From positions 15,066,001 through 15,130,000 of the forward strand of contig NC_043016.1 in NCBI RefSeq assembly GCF_006345805.1: a stretch of 64,000 nt of DNA. Direction: 5' to 3'. Below the pieces are notes generated by a model that was not told the DNA's origin, did not search any database, and saw only the letters and a list, made by a program, of their open reading frames with translations. Made by a program: the position numbers and the translations under genes. Origin of the DNA: Octopus sinensis. Its lineage: Eukaryota. Below, one piece after another: positions 22,977-37,803 of this stretch; the stretch's first letter is position 1, and every line of letters starts with the position of its first letter.

Positions 22977-25900
22977 TAGGGGTAGCAGTTCTTAATCCTT
23001 CAAATTGTTCTTGAACAAAGCAATATGCCTTTTGTTTAGACTCAATGTTTTAACAAAACTTGTTTACATCATTTGAGTATTTTATTCTAAGTGTCCTTAC
23101 CATGACCCCACTTGCACAAATACTTCATTATTATTATTATTACTATTTATTAAAAATGATATTGAACAGTGCATATAAGATATAAAATCTTATAATACAG
23201 ATAGATATTTTGATAGCTTCAAATAATAAATACTATGGATTTTGGAAAAAATAAATTATTTTGTATAATGTTCAGATAATTTTGTTAAAGATATATTTAA
23301 TATTTTACCAATTTCATGCTCAATTCATATAAAACTACATTATTATTATTATTATTATTATTATTGTTATGATCCATGAGCTGGCAGAATCATTAGAGCA
23401 TCGGCATTTATTCCAGTTCTTTACATTCTGAGTTCAAATCCTGCCAAAGTCAATCTACTTATGTTTTTGAAGTCAATGGTATTCATTTATCCACTCTCAC
23501 TCCAAGCTGTTGGCCTTATGCCTAAATCAGATATCATTATTATTTGGGGGGATGGGGGTGAAATATTAATTATTTTTTGAAAAATAATTAATTGTTGGAG
23601 AAACATTATTAATACCAAAAGGCAGTCTTTATATCCGACTTAATGCTTTTTGTTATTAACACTGTTTCTATCACTATTATCTTTTAATAAGCCTGCTTGC
23701 TATTTGTGACATCAGTGCTTGGAAAGTTACTGAAATTCTTTATCCTGTTGACAGTGAGATTCAGCTGTTATGTTGCTACCAAACGCCTACCATTGCAGAG
23801 CCCAAAACAGGGCAAAACCCTGTCACCAGGCAGTTCCAGCAGCTGTAGCAGACGATTCCCATCTAAATGTGACTGCTTTTATGCACCACATATCCATATG
23901 AGAGGTTTTCTCTTGGTAAATAATGCTGTGTTTTATGTTCTAACAAAACATCTGTTGATTGCTTTTTAATTATTAAAACATTTTGATGCTGTTTTACTGT
24001 CTCATGAAAATTCGATCAAATCTGAAATGTATATTTTTATCATTGTGATAATGTAAACACATAATTTACTTTGTTTCTGTTGCTGGTTCTTTGTGGAAAA
24101 ATATTTGGCATCATGCTATTGTAATTACTTTTGTTCCATTATCTTAGAATAATTACTGAATACAAATTTAAAGGAGGGAAAAATCACATTTCACTGATTT
24201 GAATTCTGGAAAAAATAAGTTTTAAGATCTCAATTTTTGGATATGAGTAAAATGTTTGTAGAAGAGAAATGTTACGTTTCATTGGAATAAATCCAACAAA
24301 GAAAACAACAGGAAGCATTAAGTAAATTAATGCTTTAATGTTTCATTGTTATATTTAAGATATTCATGTTTATTGTCAGTTTGTAAGTTCAGGAATAGGA
24401 GATGCAGGGCTTGCAAGCACACCCTCTAAAATTTTGGAGTAATGAAAACACTTTCATCATCCTAAATTGGACCTGGGTTTGCACCCAAATTTCATTCCCA
24501 CACTTATGTAAGCAACTAAAAATTTTATGTTTAATTACTCTGTTCCTAATAGTATTTAAATGAAATGTAACTTTTTACACTGCAACTTTCTTTATTGAAA
24601 TTTTTATAACTTTTGTCTGTGACATTTTCCTTTGGCTTTTTTAATTCCTGGAGTCAAATAATCAATGAGTTTATCTTCAATGTCGGCAGTAGATGTTTGT
24701 TAGTTAATTTATATCACTTTTTAACTCAAGCCTGATAAATGAAAAAGTACTGAGTATGTATATTTTTTGATGACTTGGGTGAAACAATTTTTTTTTTTTT
24801 CTAGGTGTTTACATTACATCATTAATAAGCTTAACGAGCTTAGCATTTCTCAAACAGTAAATGATTTGGATAAACAAACAGTAAAGAAAAAAAACTAGTG
24901 ATGTTATAAAAATTCTTGAGAATGTGAAATAATTCCTTTTTTGGAATACTGGATCTCAAAGCACTTACATAAAGCTATAAACATTTTGAATGGGCAACCT
25001 TTGACTTATTCTGTCCAAAACAGTTTTTCAACCCAATATTTGTTTGCTATTTTTTATAGCTTTATATTTGCTTGGAGATCCACTATTCCAAAAATAATTA
25101 TATTTCCTTTAATTCTTTAATGCTAGCTTTCTCTTAATAAACATACAATTTTAAATGATTCCTTTAGATGTGATTTTTTAAATAACTTATTTACTTTTCA
25201 TTTGTCAAAATTTCTAAAGGTTATGATGTTGTAAACATACCTCAAGCATTAGAATTGTGCAGAATAAGTATAAATTATGAAACAATTGCATAGATTCAAT
25301 AGAATTTAATTAGATTTATATTATTAAAAAAGGTGGCAGCTTGGCAGAATTGTTACAATCTTAAAATTCTTTTTGGTATTTGTGCCACCATTCTGTTCTA
25401 TGGATTAAAATTTTGCTGTGATACCTTTTCTCTCTATAGTGCTGGAAAAAAAAGGTCCCAGTCCCAGCTCTGGGATTGGCAGAATACTTAGAATGTTGGA
25501 CTGGATGATGCCTTGTGGTGTCTGTTTAAATTTTAAATTCTGCCCCTGACCCTAACCCTGACACTTGCAAGAATGGTGACAGTGTTGTTAGGAGTTGTAA
25601 GTAAGGGAGAATTTTAGCAGTTTGTAAAAAAAAAAATTTTTTTTTTTAAACCTGTCAAAAATAGTTTTCATGGTTCAATCAGAAAACATACTGCCAGTTT
25701 TATAGTACTAAAAGAAGGAATTCCTGGCTAAAATTAGCTGTTGGGAAAGAAAAGTCATTGGAAATTAACGTTTCATCTTATTGGTATTTTATTGTATTTA
25801 AAAAAAATATTTATAAATGTTGAATGGCTCCCTTTGTATTTTACACACACACACACACATACGATGGCAGATTGGGTCTAAAAATATTGGTTGCTAGAAA

Positions 25901-26130
25901 ACTAAGGGGGTCCACCTACAACTACAATGCTATCGTTTATTAATTTTTTTTTTTTTGTTAAAAGTATTCTTTTCAACTGTCTACAAACTCAGTCAGGCTG
26001 AAATAATTCATTCTTCCAAGAGTGAATAAAAAATTCTAAAACTTGAGAGGATGGGCCCCCATATATGGATTCTAATGGAGAAGGGGCCCACTTGCCATCA
26101 GGCAAGGTGGCAACCTGGCCAGTCCGCCAC

Positions 26131-26187
<57 letters not shown>

Positions 26188-26377
26188 GAAAGAATGGAGT
26201 CGAACGACGATTTAACAAGATTCCTTTAACAAATTTCCACACGAAAACACGTGATTTCTGCCCTTGGCATGTAGCTTCAACTGTGCTTTCTGACGTAAAT
26301 TTGCTACCCGGGTATCGGTTAACCGAATTATCCATACTAGGATAATTCATTCAACTACTTAAACATTTATATATATT

Positions 26378-26411
<34 letters not shown>

Positions 26412-29400
26412 TACACACTCATATACACACAGAAATGTATTTATTTTTATAAAACTTTCTAATGTTGGCTTATTGTGTTTTCATTTGGTGCAATAAATAT
26501 TTAAAAAAATAAAAGAACAGTTTTTATTTGTTTATTTCACATTGAACTATATTCTATTAAACTTATAAACATTGTTTTACATTATTCTATGACAAATAAT
26601 GTTCCATATGTCATTGATCTGGTGTAGCATCCTTGAAGATTTTAGCTTTGAGATTTAACCCTTTTGTCAGCATATTTCTGTTGAAATAATCTGTTTTTAT
26701 TTCAGTTACTGAAAATAATAAAGAAATTAGTAAAATAACATTGTTATTATTAAACTTGTTTTTGGAACAGACATTAGCATGGAATTTTGATGGAATATTT
26801 TGATTTAGATTACTTTAAAGCAAGAATTTTATATCATAGAACAAGAGGCAGCCTCAGGCAGGTTGATATCAAAAGGACTTTTGTTGTCTTTCATCAGAAA
26901 ATGGAAATATTTAAACCTGGGTCTTGCAAGCAATTGAAACACTTGATGTTGAATGAAAAAACATTGTCAATGATGGCAACCTCATTTGAAGTTACTTGGT
27001 GTGTCCTATTATTGGTGGAAAATTGGTGGAATTAAGTGTAAATGCTGAAGCTTTCTCAGCAGGAGAAATGCTTACATTTGGGAAATGGTGAGAGAATTAT
27101 ACAATGTTCTTTGAGATCTTTTGGCAGCAGACCTAAAGAATTGGCTACAATTTGTAAGGTAATAATAACGTAAGAGAATTTGCAAAGTGTGAGATGGATA
27201 TGGACATATTTTGATTTTTAGTTGGTAATCTTCCCTAATTTGCAGCAGTGAGTAAAAATCACCTAATTAGGAGAGATGTGGTTGTTGCAGGAATTGTAGA
27301 GCATATTCTTCCCTAAAATACATACGAACCATACAGAATACATAGGGCTTTGGTTGTGTGGTGGATGTGAATGGACATGGTTAAAAAGACAACATCAGTT
27401 ATATGCTTAGCTGCCTCAGATGTATTGAGGCAGACCTCAATTGACAAAAGAGAATTGAATCCAAATCCACAGAATTACAGTGTTACAATTAGAATGCAGC
27501 TAAAAATGTGCCATCAGTGAACAAGTCACAGTTTCAAGCAACAAAAATGTTGACACCAAATGATAAATATTTAAGTGAAGTTAACATTCATTGTTTTTCT
27601 TAATGACTGACTTGTATATTCTCTGCTACAATCATTTGAGTTTCAACACACAGTTTTAGACCAAATCTCTTGTCTCATAAAGTATTCATGCGTAAACCTT
27701 TTCATTCATTTTCTCTTTTACTCTCCCTTCATTTACTATTCCAACCATTCTTCTCTAACTACAATTTTAATTCACCAAATTAGGAGCAGAAATAATAAAC
27801 TAATTTTGCTTGTATTTCTACTTTGTTGAAGTTTAGGGGTTTCTTTAAGAAAATGCATGCAAACTAATTCAAGAATCGTACTTCAGTCTCAGCCATATTT
27901 GGTAGAACATCATTTTGCATCTGTAGTTTCAACTACATCATTATTTAATCTCTGCTTTCCATCATGCTGGTAAGAGCTGAATGGTTTGACAGGAGCTGAC
28001 AAGCCAGAGGACTTGGCCAAACTCTACTGTCAGCATTGGTATGTTCTCTATGGCTAAATGCCCCTACTAATGCAAATCACTTTACAGTGTGTGCAGAGTG
28101 CTTTTTATGTGGCACCAACCCTGACAGGCAGGGGTCACCAAAGAACTTGCAAGACAAAGACTTGTAGGGGGAGTAGTGAATAGTGTTGAAGGAGGTGATT
28201 TTTTTTACCTGTTGATTAGAGATTTAAACATCCCCCAGAGCAATGACACTAAAATTATCAATAGAAATCTGTTATTCAGAGCCCAGTGTGGATGCCGTGA
28301 AACAGTGTCCCCAAGGTTTGCTAATCTTCCATGTAATAAAACGCATTGTGTATCTCATGCGGGGGAGAGAAGGGTGGGAGTGGGTGACAGTCACAGACAC
28401 TCTGAAGGCTGGTGAAAAGCATTCAAAGGATTTGCTCTGAAGAAGCTGGTATTTTAATCAAAATAAAACTGCAAATTTTTATTGTAAATTGTATTCAGTC
28501 ATCAGTTTCGCACACAGACACACAAATACAAATATAAAAATTAAATTAAATTTTAAACACTTGTTTTCGAAATATTATCATTCACATGATATATACATAT
28601 AGATGTCAAGTGAACAAGAACATATGTACATATATTTTTATTTTATTTTATTTTATCTAGTTTCAGCTCACGTGCTGTGGCCATGCTGGGGCAATATATA
28701 TCATCATCATCATCATCATTATTTAACATTTATCTTATATGTATGCATGAGTATACATGAAACAGATGACAGGAGCTGGTCAGGCAAAAGATTACCTCAG
28801 GCTATTGAGTTTGTTTTGGCAGAGTTTTTACAGCTGGATGCCCTTCCTAACACTCTCCAGAGTGGATTCAGTGCTTTTTACATGACACTAGCACTCAAAA
28901 GATTAAACTTAGACCCTGATCTCTTTTCAGGGGATCATTCCACAAAGTGGAATATGAACCTAAGTACATCCATAGCATAGCCACCTTTCCACTCCATCTA
29001 TACTTTAAAAGCACTTTCATAAACAGACTTTCAACCACAACACATTTTTTGATACACTGAGTGGCTACTGCTACCTTGCAGACCCCAGCAGACAGAAAGG
29101 ATGTGATTGAAGCTGAGAATTTGAGTTTACAGAACACAGAAACAATATTTATATACCATCTGAGGAAACAAGATCTCATAATACAGGGAACAGTTACATA
29201 ACCAAATACCTGCAAAGTTGGAGAGCTACGTTGGGTAGAAACAATTGTAGTGATTACAGATAAATGGTCCTCTGTATTCCTTCTTGTTGACTCCAACTTA
29301 TTCAAATATATATATGTATATGCCAGCGCCACCTTGACTGACTTCCGTGCCGGTGGCATGTAAAAAGCACCAACCGATCGTGGCCGTTGCCTGCCACCCC

Positions 29401-29739
29401 AGGTACCTGTGCCGGTGGCTTGTAAAAAACACCCACTACACTCACGGAGTGGTTGGTCTTAGGAAGGGCATCCAGCTGTAGAAACACTGCCAGATCAGAC
29501 TGGAGCCTGGTGCAGCCTCCATGGCTTACTAGACCCTGGTCGAACCGTCCAACCCATGCTAGCATGGAAAATGGACGTTAAATGATGATGATGATGATGA
29601 TGATATATAATACTGTACATTTTGTTAATGTACCCACTCTATTGACAGACATATGAGTGCATCTTTTCCTTGACTTATGGACACTTAGATGATTCCTGTG
29701 TGTATATATATATATATACACACACATGATGATGATGAT

Positions 29740-30283
29740 GACACACTAAATGACAGAATTTGTAATGCCGACTTGTTTAGCAAGTGTAGGATTGGTGGAA
29801 TTGAGAGCTTCCTTATACAATCACAATTGCACTGGGTTGGCCATGTCATCAGAATGAGTGACCAAAGAATACCCAAAGTTCTCATGTACAGCCAGCCTGA
29901 GAGTGGACACAGGAATGTTGGTTGACCATGGCTCAGATATAAGGACAAGCTGAAGAGTAACCTCTTAGAACTGAAGATTGCTCACAACACCTTTGAGTGA
30001 ACAGCCTTGGAATGGACAAAATGGGGATCATTGTGTCAAAATGATATTAAAAACTTTGTTGCAACCAGCATTAACAGGCTTTGGGGGTGCAAGACAAAGG
30101 AGAAAGGTGGGTGAAAATATGTCATCTGCACTGACCTTTAATTCTCATACTTGCAGGATCTGTGGCCTTCTTTGCAAATCATTGGGTGGACTTAAACGTC
30201 ACATTCGACATAAGCATTATGACTGACAAAGAAAGAGTATGTTGTCAGAGGCCTATATGTCGAAACTGACAGGACGGTCCATC
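29740..30283 (+). mobile_element. RTE/BovB-like LINE 3' fragment
   Basis: GIESFLIQSQLHWVGHVIRMSDQRIPKVLMYS and terminal TCRICGLLCKSLGGLKRHIRHKH zinc-finger-like motif; contains stops. Confidence 0.8.
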
Positions 30284-31304
30284 ATATATGTGTGTGAGTA
30301 CGTCTGTGTGTGCATGCATGCGTGTGTGTGTGTGTGTACATGTACACACAAACTTACATTATGCAGGTGATATTTTCAATCAAGACAGTGCAACCATATC
30401 TGATTTTTCAAGAGCTTCGATTCTGTTTATGTACCTTTATTTACTAGATTTCCTGATGTTTAGCAATCGTTTCTCCCATTGTGTAGATGTGACATTTTCT
30501 GTCATTAATAAAACTGTCGGCATTTTTCATGACACGGGTATGGTAGTAAAATAAGAATGGAACTAAATTAATTAAGTTTAAAATACAAAACAAAATCAAA
30601 AATAACTTTGGCTGCAAATTTAATTACAAGTTATATTTAATTACAAGTTATAATTAACCCATAAACAATCAGTAGAATTTACTCTCTATTTGTGTAATGT
30701 AAGCAAACTGGAGAGGAAGTTTTCAAAATCAGGGCACTGTTATTAAGGGACACTATTTATAAGAAACATAGAAAGCTCAGAATTATTTACTTTGCTTTTT
30801 ATTTTCAGATCAAAATATTTAACCAATTAAACTCTGAGGAGTAAAATGAGTAAACAGGTCACATGTCAAGTCATTAACTGATAGTTTATAGTTCCTAATT
30901 AGCACTCACACAATCACTAAATGAAGCACACATAATGTGATAATTAGCAGACAATTCAATGTGAAAACAGATTTGGTGGTGGGGGTCACATTTAAATCAA
31001 CAGAAAATTTGATATATGAAAAGTTCTAATGCTTCTGGTTTAGTCCCACGTTTTGAAAAGAATGCCAAAAGCACAAGGAAACATTTCATTGAAGATCTGT
31101 TATTTTGTTTTTAGATGGTGTTGGTATGTGTTAATATAAAGTTAATTTTTTTAATTAATATCAATGAAACCTAGAGTAATGTTGTTCACTTTCTTGGTCC
31201 TAAAAATGTTTTGTATTCTCTTGCAATGTCCCATATCTGGTCAGGATAAGTTAACGGTTCTTGTCAATCCGTCCAACTTATGACAGCATGGTAAACAGAC
31301 ATTA

Positions 31305-31305
31305 A

Positions 31306-31359
<54 letters not shown>

Positions 31360-31507
31360 GTGATGGTGGTGGTGGTGGTGGTGGATGTGGTGGTGATGAT
31401 GATGATGATGATGATGAGGAGGAGGAGGAGGAGGAGGAGGATGATGATGATGGTGGTGGTGGTGGTGGTGGTGGTGGTGGTGGTGGATGTGGTGGTGATG
31501 ATGATGA
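31305..31507. repeat. Compound (GAT)n/(GGT)n/(GGA)n trinucleotide tract at a SINE tail
   Basis: Directly visible; internal re-duplication of ggtggatgtggtggtgatgatg. Confidence 0.95.
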
Positions 31508-32178
31508 AGTGAAAATATAGATGTAGAAAGAAACATGAGAAAACATTTTCTCAGGTATTAACAAATGTGAAGGGGAAGGGAGACAACCTGTTTCACGTTT
31601 ACCAAGCTTTTCTCTGGTTGGAGCTGAGCTCCAGCCCAATAATAAAACATATATTGGTAAAATGCAGCAATGAGTGACTACTAGAAAAGCAGAAGAAAGA
31701 CAATTTGGTAATGTTCTACAAGGAGATAGTTTTGTAAAAAATCTAAAGCAGTTCAAAAGGTCGGAATAAGTTTTTCAATGACAATTTTCTTTAGCAACAA
31801 CGTGAAAAAAAAAGGGTGAAAAAGTGTAACCATATTATTTGACAATTACTCAACATAAGCTTCATGTCTGAAACAGAAATAAAATGCTATTAAGGATATT
31901 TTTTGCATATCTTACTTCTAATGTGGATATACTATGGGAAGCTATAAAACTGCAGCTTCTCATAAAAAAGATAAAACTTGCTACTGAAGACGTTCAAAAA
32001 CACAGAAATGTAGATTTATCAATTCCTCCACCACTGCTGAATGGCTTTTGACAGCCACTGATGCACTTTTGTGGTTTTTAGTACTGCACATCTATATGAT
32101 AAGCTTTCTCAAGACAAAACTGCAGTTTTGTGGCTTTCTATGGTATATGCTCAGTAAATAAGATGTATATAGAATGCT

Positions 32179-32341
32179 AAAACCATTAGATTCACTTCAA
32201 CATTTAAATCTAATTTGTCAAAATATTTTCATCACTTTGAGACCACAACCTGTTCACTGACAAAATTCTGTGCTGCATCTCAAAGCGAAGAAAATATTTT
32301 GACAAATAAAATTTAAATGTTGAAGTGAATCTAACGGTTTT
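32179..32341. mobile_element. Small MITE-like inverted repeat (about 64-bp arms)
   Basis: aaaaccattagattcacttcaacatttaaat ... atttaaatgttgaagtgaatctaacggtttt. Confidence 0.75.
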
Positions 32342-32409
32342 TGTGTGTTTTTAAACGGCTTATAAACACCTTCCACACTGCACTGCAATTGCTTTTATTT
32401 CAGCACACA

Positions 32410-33889
32410 TTCTCAGATCACCAGCTTTCTATTTTCTTCCAGTACTGTCTCAACGATGGTGCTACTCCGGAGCAGTGGAAAACTGCCAGTGTCATTCCTC
32501 TGTTCAAAAAGGGCGACCGCACATCACCTGTCAACTATCGCCCAGTCAGTCTCACTAGCTGTATTGCAAAACTGATGGAATCATGTGTCAGAGAAACACT
32601 CTGGAACTTCTGGAGCTCTCACAGTCTCATCCGACCCTCACAATATGGATTTGTCCCTAACTCCAGCTGCAGTGACCAGCTTGTCGAGTTCCTTGAGGAC
32701 ATTACTCAGATACTGACAGTGCTCATGGGTGGATGTTGTCTACCTTGACTTTGCTAAGGCTTTCAACTCTGTGCCACACAAAAGGCTTATGGCGAAACTC
32801 TCTGCAATGGGTGTGGGGGATGACCTTTTTAACTGGTTGAAATCCTTCATCCTCAGCCGAAAGGAGGTAGTCACAGTTCTAGGACAGCACTCTACACCAT
32901 ATGAGATGTCATCGGGTGTACCACAGGGATCTGTCCTTGGTCCCCTCTTGTTTGTGGCATACATTAACGACATAGATGCCAATTTAAAGAATGCCACAGT
33001 ATTGAAATATGCAGACGACCATCAAGCTGTACCTTGAAATCAAGAGGACAGATCCTGATGTCTACAACTCTTTCCTGCAATCAGACCTAGACACAATGCA
33101 GCAATGGATCACAGACTGGCAACTGAAACTGGCTGTGGACAAGTGTACCACCATGCATTTTGGGAGAAAAACCCTGCGTTCACTTACTCCCTCCAAACAC
33201 TGATATCAAGAAATCCTCTTGCGAGCGTGACCTAGGCATCACTGTCAGCAGTGATTTGCGTTGGTCAAAGCATATCTCTAATTGTCAGGAAGGCCGAGGG
33301 TGGTCTTGGCATCACTCAGCAGGTCTTTTGTTAGCCGCTCTCCAGCCATCTATTTAAACTGTATACAGCTATGGTACGACCACACTTGGAATTCGCATCA
33401 TCAGTTTGGAACCCCTATCTTGCACAGAACATTGACCTCCGGAATCTGTCCAGAGACATGCAACCAAACGCATACCCTCCATCAGACACCTACCATATTC
33501 TGAGCGCCTTGTTTCCCTGGGCATGGATTCACTGAAGCTCCGGCATTTGGCGACGGACTTGGTAAACACCCACAAAGTTATCAACCACCTCACCAACAAC
33601 AACACTGAACACCTTTTTGATCTCCATGTGTCTAACACACGTGGACATGCCTACAAAGTCAGAAAACAATACAGCTCCCATGACTTTCGGAAACATTTTT
33701 TCATGCTCAGAGTTGCTGAAGCATGGAATAAACTGCCTGCGTCAGTTGTTGACTGCCATGACACTGCATCTTTTAAGGCCCTCATGCTTTCCGAAATCCG
33801 CCGAAACTACACCTGATTATATATACACTTTAGATGAGTTGTAGTGCACCTGAGCACTGTACACAATTATTATTATTATTATTATTATT
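32410..33889 (+). mobile_element. 5'-truncated CR1/L2-like LINE, RT with frameshifts and (ATT)n tail
   Basis: WKTASVIPLFKKGDRTSPVNYRPVSLTS, QYGF, VYLDFAKAFNSVPH, GVPQGSVLGPLLF, KYADD; ends in gagcactgtacacaa(tta)n. Confidence 0.92.
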
Positions 33890-34439
33890 TTATCAGGTCA
33901 CTTGCTTTAAAGAGGAATCTACCTCCTCACAAAACCTCATATATATATATATATATATATATATCATCTTCATCGATTAACATCAGTTTTCCATGCTGGC
34001 ATGTGTTGAACGGTTTGATTGAGGTCTGAAGAGCCAAAGGCTGCACCAGGCTCAAATCTGGTTTAGCAGAGTTTCTACAGCAGGATGCCCTTTCTAACAC
34101 CAACCACTCTGAGTGTGTAGTGGGTGCTTTTTATGTGCCACTGGCACAGGAGCCAGTCAGGCGGACCTGGCATCAACCATTTTTGGATGGTGCTTTTTAT
34201 GTGCCAGTGGTATGGGAGCCAGTCAGGGGGCACCAGCTCCAGCTACATTATTGGTTTCACTTGACTCAGCAGGTCTTCTCAAGCATATCATATTGCTTGA
34301 TGCATCAGGATTATTCTTAACAGGGCTGGATGTGCAAGGCTGCGATCTCACTTTAGTTACCGGGTCTTCTCATTCACACTGTATCTCCAAAGATTCCAGT
34401 CTCCTGTCATTGCCTCTGTGAGGCCCAATGTTCAAAGGT

Positions 34440-35575
34440 CATGCTTCACCACCTCATCCCATGTTTTCCTGGGTCTACCTCTTCCACAGGTTCCTTATAC
34501 AGTTAGGGAGTAGCACTTCCTCACACAGCTGTCTTCATTCATGCATAACACATGGCCATACCAGCACAGTTGTCTCTCTTGCACACCTCATTTGATGCTT
34601 CTTATGCCCAACTTTTCTCTCAGGGTGCTTACATTCTGTCTTGTATGCACACTGATGTTACACATCCAGCAGATCATACTAGCTTCATTTCTTTCAATCC
34701 TACACATGTCCTCAGCAGTCACTTCCATGTAGCATGGCTGTTCACACACAGACATCATACAGTCTACCTTTTACCCTGAGTGAGAGGCCCTTAGTTGCCA
34801 GCAGAGGTAGGAGCACCCTGAATTTTACCCAGGCTATTATTACTCTATTCACTCTCAGAGCAACCACCCCCATTACAGACTTGGTCGCTTAGGTAGCAGA
34901 AGCTATTAACTACTATTAGTTTTTCCCCCTGACATGTGATGGAATCTGTTTTCGGTACATCTTCAGTATTTATTGCCCCAGTGCATCTGCCACACACAAA
35001 AACTATTTTCCCAGTTAACCTTTCTTTGATATTGCTGCACCTTTTATGTGTCCATAGCTTACACTGGGTACATTGTATGGAGTTTCTACCCACACTTTTT
35101 CTACAGATCGAGCAGAGCCATCTACTTGAAGAGAGTTGTGATTTGACAGCCTTCCTACTTACTAAGACTTTAGTTTTTGCTAGGCTAAATCTAAGGCCCT
35201 TCGATTCTAGACCTTGCTTCCACACCCTAAACTTTGTCTCCAGTTCTGGCAGTGACTCAGCTATTAGAGCAAGGTTTCCAGCAAAGAGGAGCTCCCAGGG
35301 GCAGCCTGTCTTGAATTCCTTTGTTATTGTCTGGAGTACTATGATGAATAAGAGGGGGCTGAGGACTGATCCTTAGTGAACCCCAACTTCTACTCAGAAT
35401 TGTTCACTATACTCACTTTCCACCCTCACCTTACTGACAGCATCCCTGTACAGGGCTTGTGCAGCTCTTACCAGCCACTCATCTATTTCTAGTTTCCACA
35501 TTGACCACCAGATGAGGGATTGGGGACCCTGTTAAAGGCTTTCTCCAAGTCAACAAAAGCCAAGCACAAAAGTTT
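34440..35575 (-). mobile_element. Decayed RTE-clade LINE RT/C-terminal fragment
   Basis: WKQGLESKGLRFSLAKTKVL, CSICRKSVGRNSIQCTQCKLWTHKRCS; same family as 56605-59870. Confidence 0.85.
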
Positions 35576-37710
35576 ATATATATATATATGTATGCCTGTA
35601 TGTATACACAAATCCACATATAAAACTAAAATAAGAGGACAAAGAAAAAGCTTAGCACATCTTTACTGCAATCATGCTGGAGCACCACCTTTAGTAGAGA
35701 AATCAACCCCAGAACTTATTCTCTGTATGTGTAGTACTTATTCTATCGGTCTTTTTTGCCAAACCATTAAGTTACGGGGAAGTAAACACACCAGCATCAG
35801 TTGTATATACACATGATAAACTTCTTTCAGTTTCCGTCTTCCAAATCCACTCACAAAGCTTTGGTTGGCCTGAGGCTATAGTAGAAGACACTTGCCCAAA
35901 GTGCCCTGCAGCAGGACTGAACCCGGAACCATGTGGTTGGTAAGCAAGCTACTTACCACATAGCCACTCCTGAAAGAGTAGCTAGTGTTAAGCTCGTGTT
36001 GAATGCTGTCTTCCTACTCTTCCAGGACCTCAGGGTGTGTGTGTATGATAAAATGGTAATGATAAGATATATCACATCTCTACTGTGTCTCAAATAATAT
36101 CATGAACTAAGAACTTTTTCCATTCAGTCTAGAGAGGAAAAAGACAAACTTAGAATTCATTTCTCACCCATGTGTTTCTGAACAATAGTTCCAGTTGAGC
36201 ATCAAAGGTACGTTGGAGAAAGAATAGGGTGAGAAATAGAAGTCCAAGCAGTCCCTTAGAGGAGAAATGGTATACAGTTCTTAACCCATGGTATGAGACA
36301 TTAGATATATAGTGACTCCCATCCGTGCCACCCACCCAACCACCTATCTACCTACCTAATTAGAGCTGAAAAGAGGCGTAAAAGTGAAAAAAGAAAGACA
36401 GAGAGAAGGATTGAAATCACATTCTGCATGACATGAACTCAATTATTTTAAAATATGAATGTTGGAAACGATAGGATCCTCGCAGTGTTTATGATTATGA
36501 TGACCTTTATTAACATTTTCATTAGCATGCAACCATCATCATCATCGTTAATGTAATTACAAAATTTGTCTGCTTGAAAGTGCTTGTAATGCATTATCAA
36601 ATTCCTTTGGCGAATGAAGGTCTGAAAAGAACATTTACTTCCCAGGAATGGACGACGGGATAGTACGAAACAAAAAATAAATAGAACTATCTTTCTACTG
36701 TCTAGGAATAAGCTGTCTTTCGAAATCGCATATTTTTACGGGAAATATGAGGGCCGAAGTTGGGGGAAATGAAGGAAAAAAAACCCTGTAATTTTGGGGA
36801 AAATTTTGTTATTTATTTTTATTTATTTATTTTCAGAATCGTAATTTCCGTTGTTTGAAACACCAGAATACTTTTTTTTTTTAAAGAATCAAAAAAACCA
36901 CCCTTTTCCTTTCCTATGAGTTTATAAGGACTTCGATGGTAAACTATTCCAAAACTTCGCCATATAATGAACATTAGAATGTTAGTATTCTTCAGAATTT
37001 AATCGAACTTAATAATTAGATTCTGCTTATAATTATCCAGAATAATATTTAGACAATAAAGTCATAATAACACTAAAAACAACAAAAAGCTTGAATTGCG
37101 AAATAAATTTTTATTCTGTAATATAACTTAGCTATTATATTAAATTTGTTATTTACTCTAAAGCTGCTAAACGCTTCTAGATTATTTATAAAACATAAAA
37201 ACATAGTCCAATAATATATTCAACAATAATTCCCTTCTCATTTTGGAATTTTTGATGCCTAAAAGAAAAGGTTAGCTTTTACGCTTTCTCAGTCCATCTC
37301 TTGTTGTCAGGTTATTGTGGGAGGGGTCAATGGGTCCATGGCTGTTTTAGTTTCGCACTCCTTTATTTAAGTCGGTGAACACAGAATAAAGCACCACAAT
37401 TAGAATAAGTAGGATACGGAAATCATATCGAATATGTTCCACGTGTAAACATCTAAATTAAGCTATTTCATTTCATTTTTGTACCTAATTTATTCAGGAA
37501 AGCAGCAACATCTATAATTGACCATTTTCCACCCTCTTCTGCTGATGTGAAAAAGAAATATTTAAATTTCAAATGAGAAGCTAAAACGAATTACGGAGGA
37601 AGAGCTGACAAGGAAGCCGACTGCATCGTCATAGTGAGTGGCACTCGAGGTTGGAGTATAAGTAAAGGAGAGTCACTCATGATTGATGGTAATTTGAGTC
37701 AGATATAATA

Positions 37711-37803
37711 ATGGCCGCTCACACAGCAACAAAGACTTTCGGTGAGAAACCCAAATCATTCCAACTTGATGATGGAGGAGAATATTATTATATTGGCTCA
37801 GAG
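37711..37803 (+). CDS. SMARCB1: SMARCB1/SNF5 exon 1
   Basis: ATG at 37711; MAAHTATKTFGEKPKSFQLDDGGEYYYIGSE; GAG|gtgagt donor; 93 nt, same coding length as human exon 1. Confidence 0.96.

Noticed and set aside
28895-29359. 154-aa minus ORF
   Set aside because: Starts within a SINE and has no recognisable motif or splice context
31241-31756. Poly-His, poly-Met and poly-Pro/Ser ORFs
   Set aside because: Trinucleotide expansion at a SINE (GAT)n tail
36400-37500. Possible divergent (minus-strand) gene sharing the SMARCB1 promoter
   Set aside because: CpG-richer sequence and splice-like motifs are present, but I found no ATG-initiated frame or recognisable peptide
21063-37700. Additional phosphonate-pathway genes (ppd, AEP transaminase) next to pepM
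   Set aside because: No ThDP-enzyme or class V aminotransferase motifs were recognised in this interval; small exons could have been missed by eye
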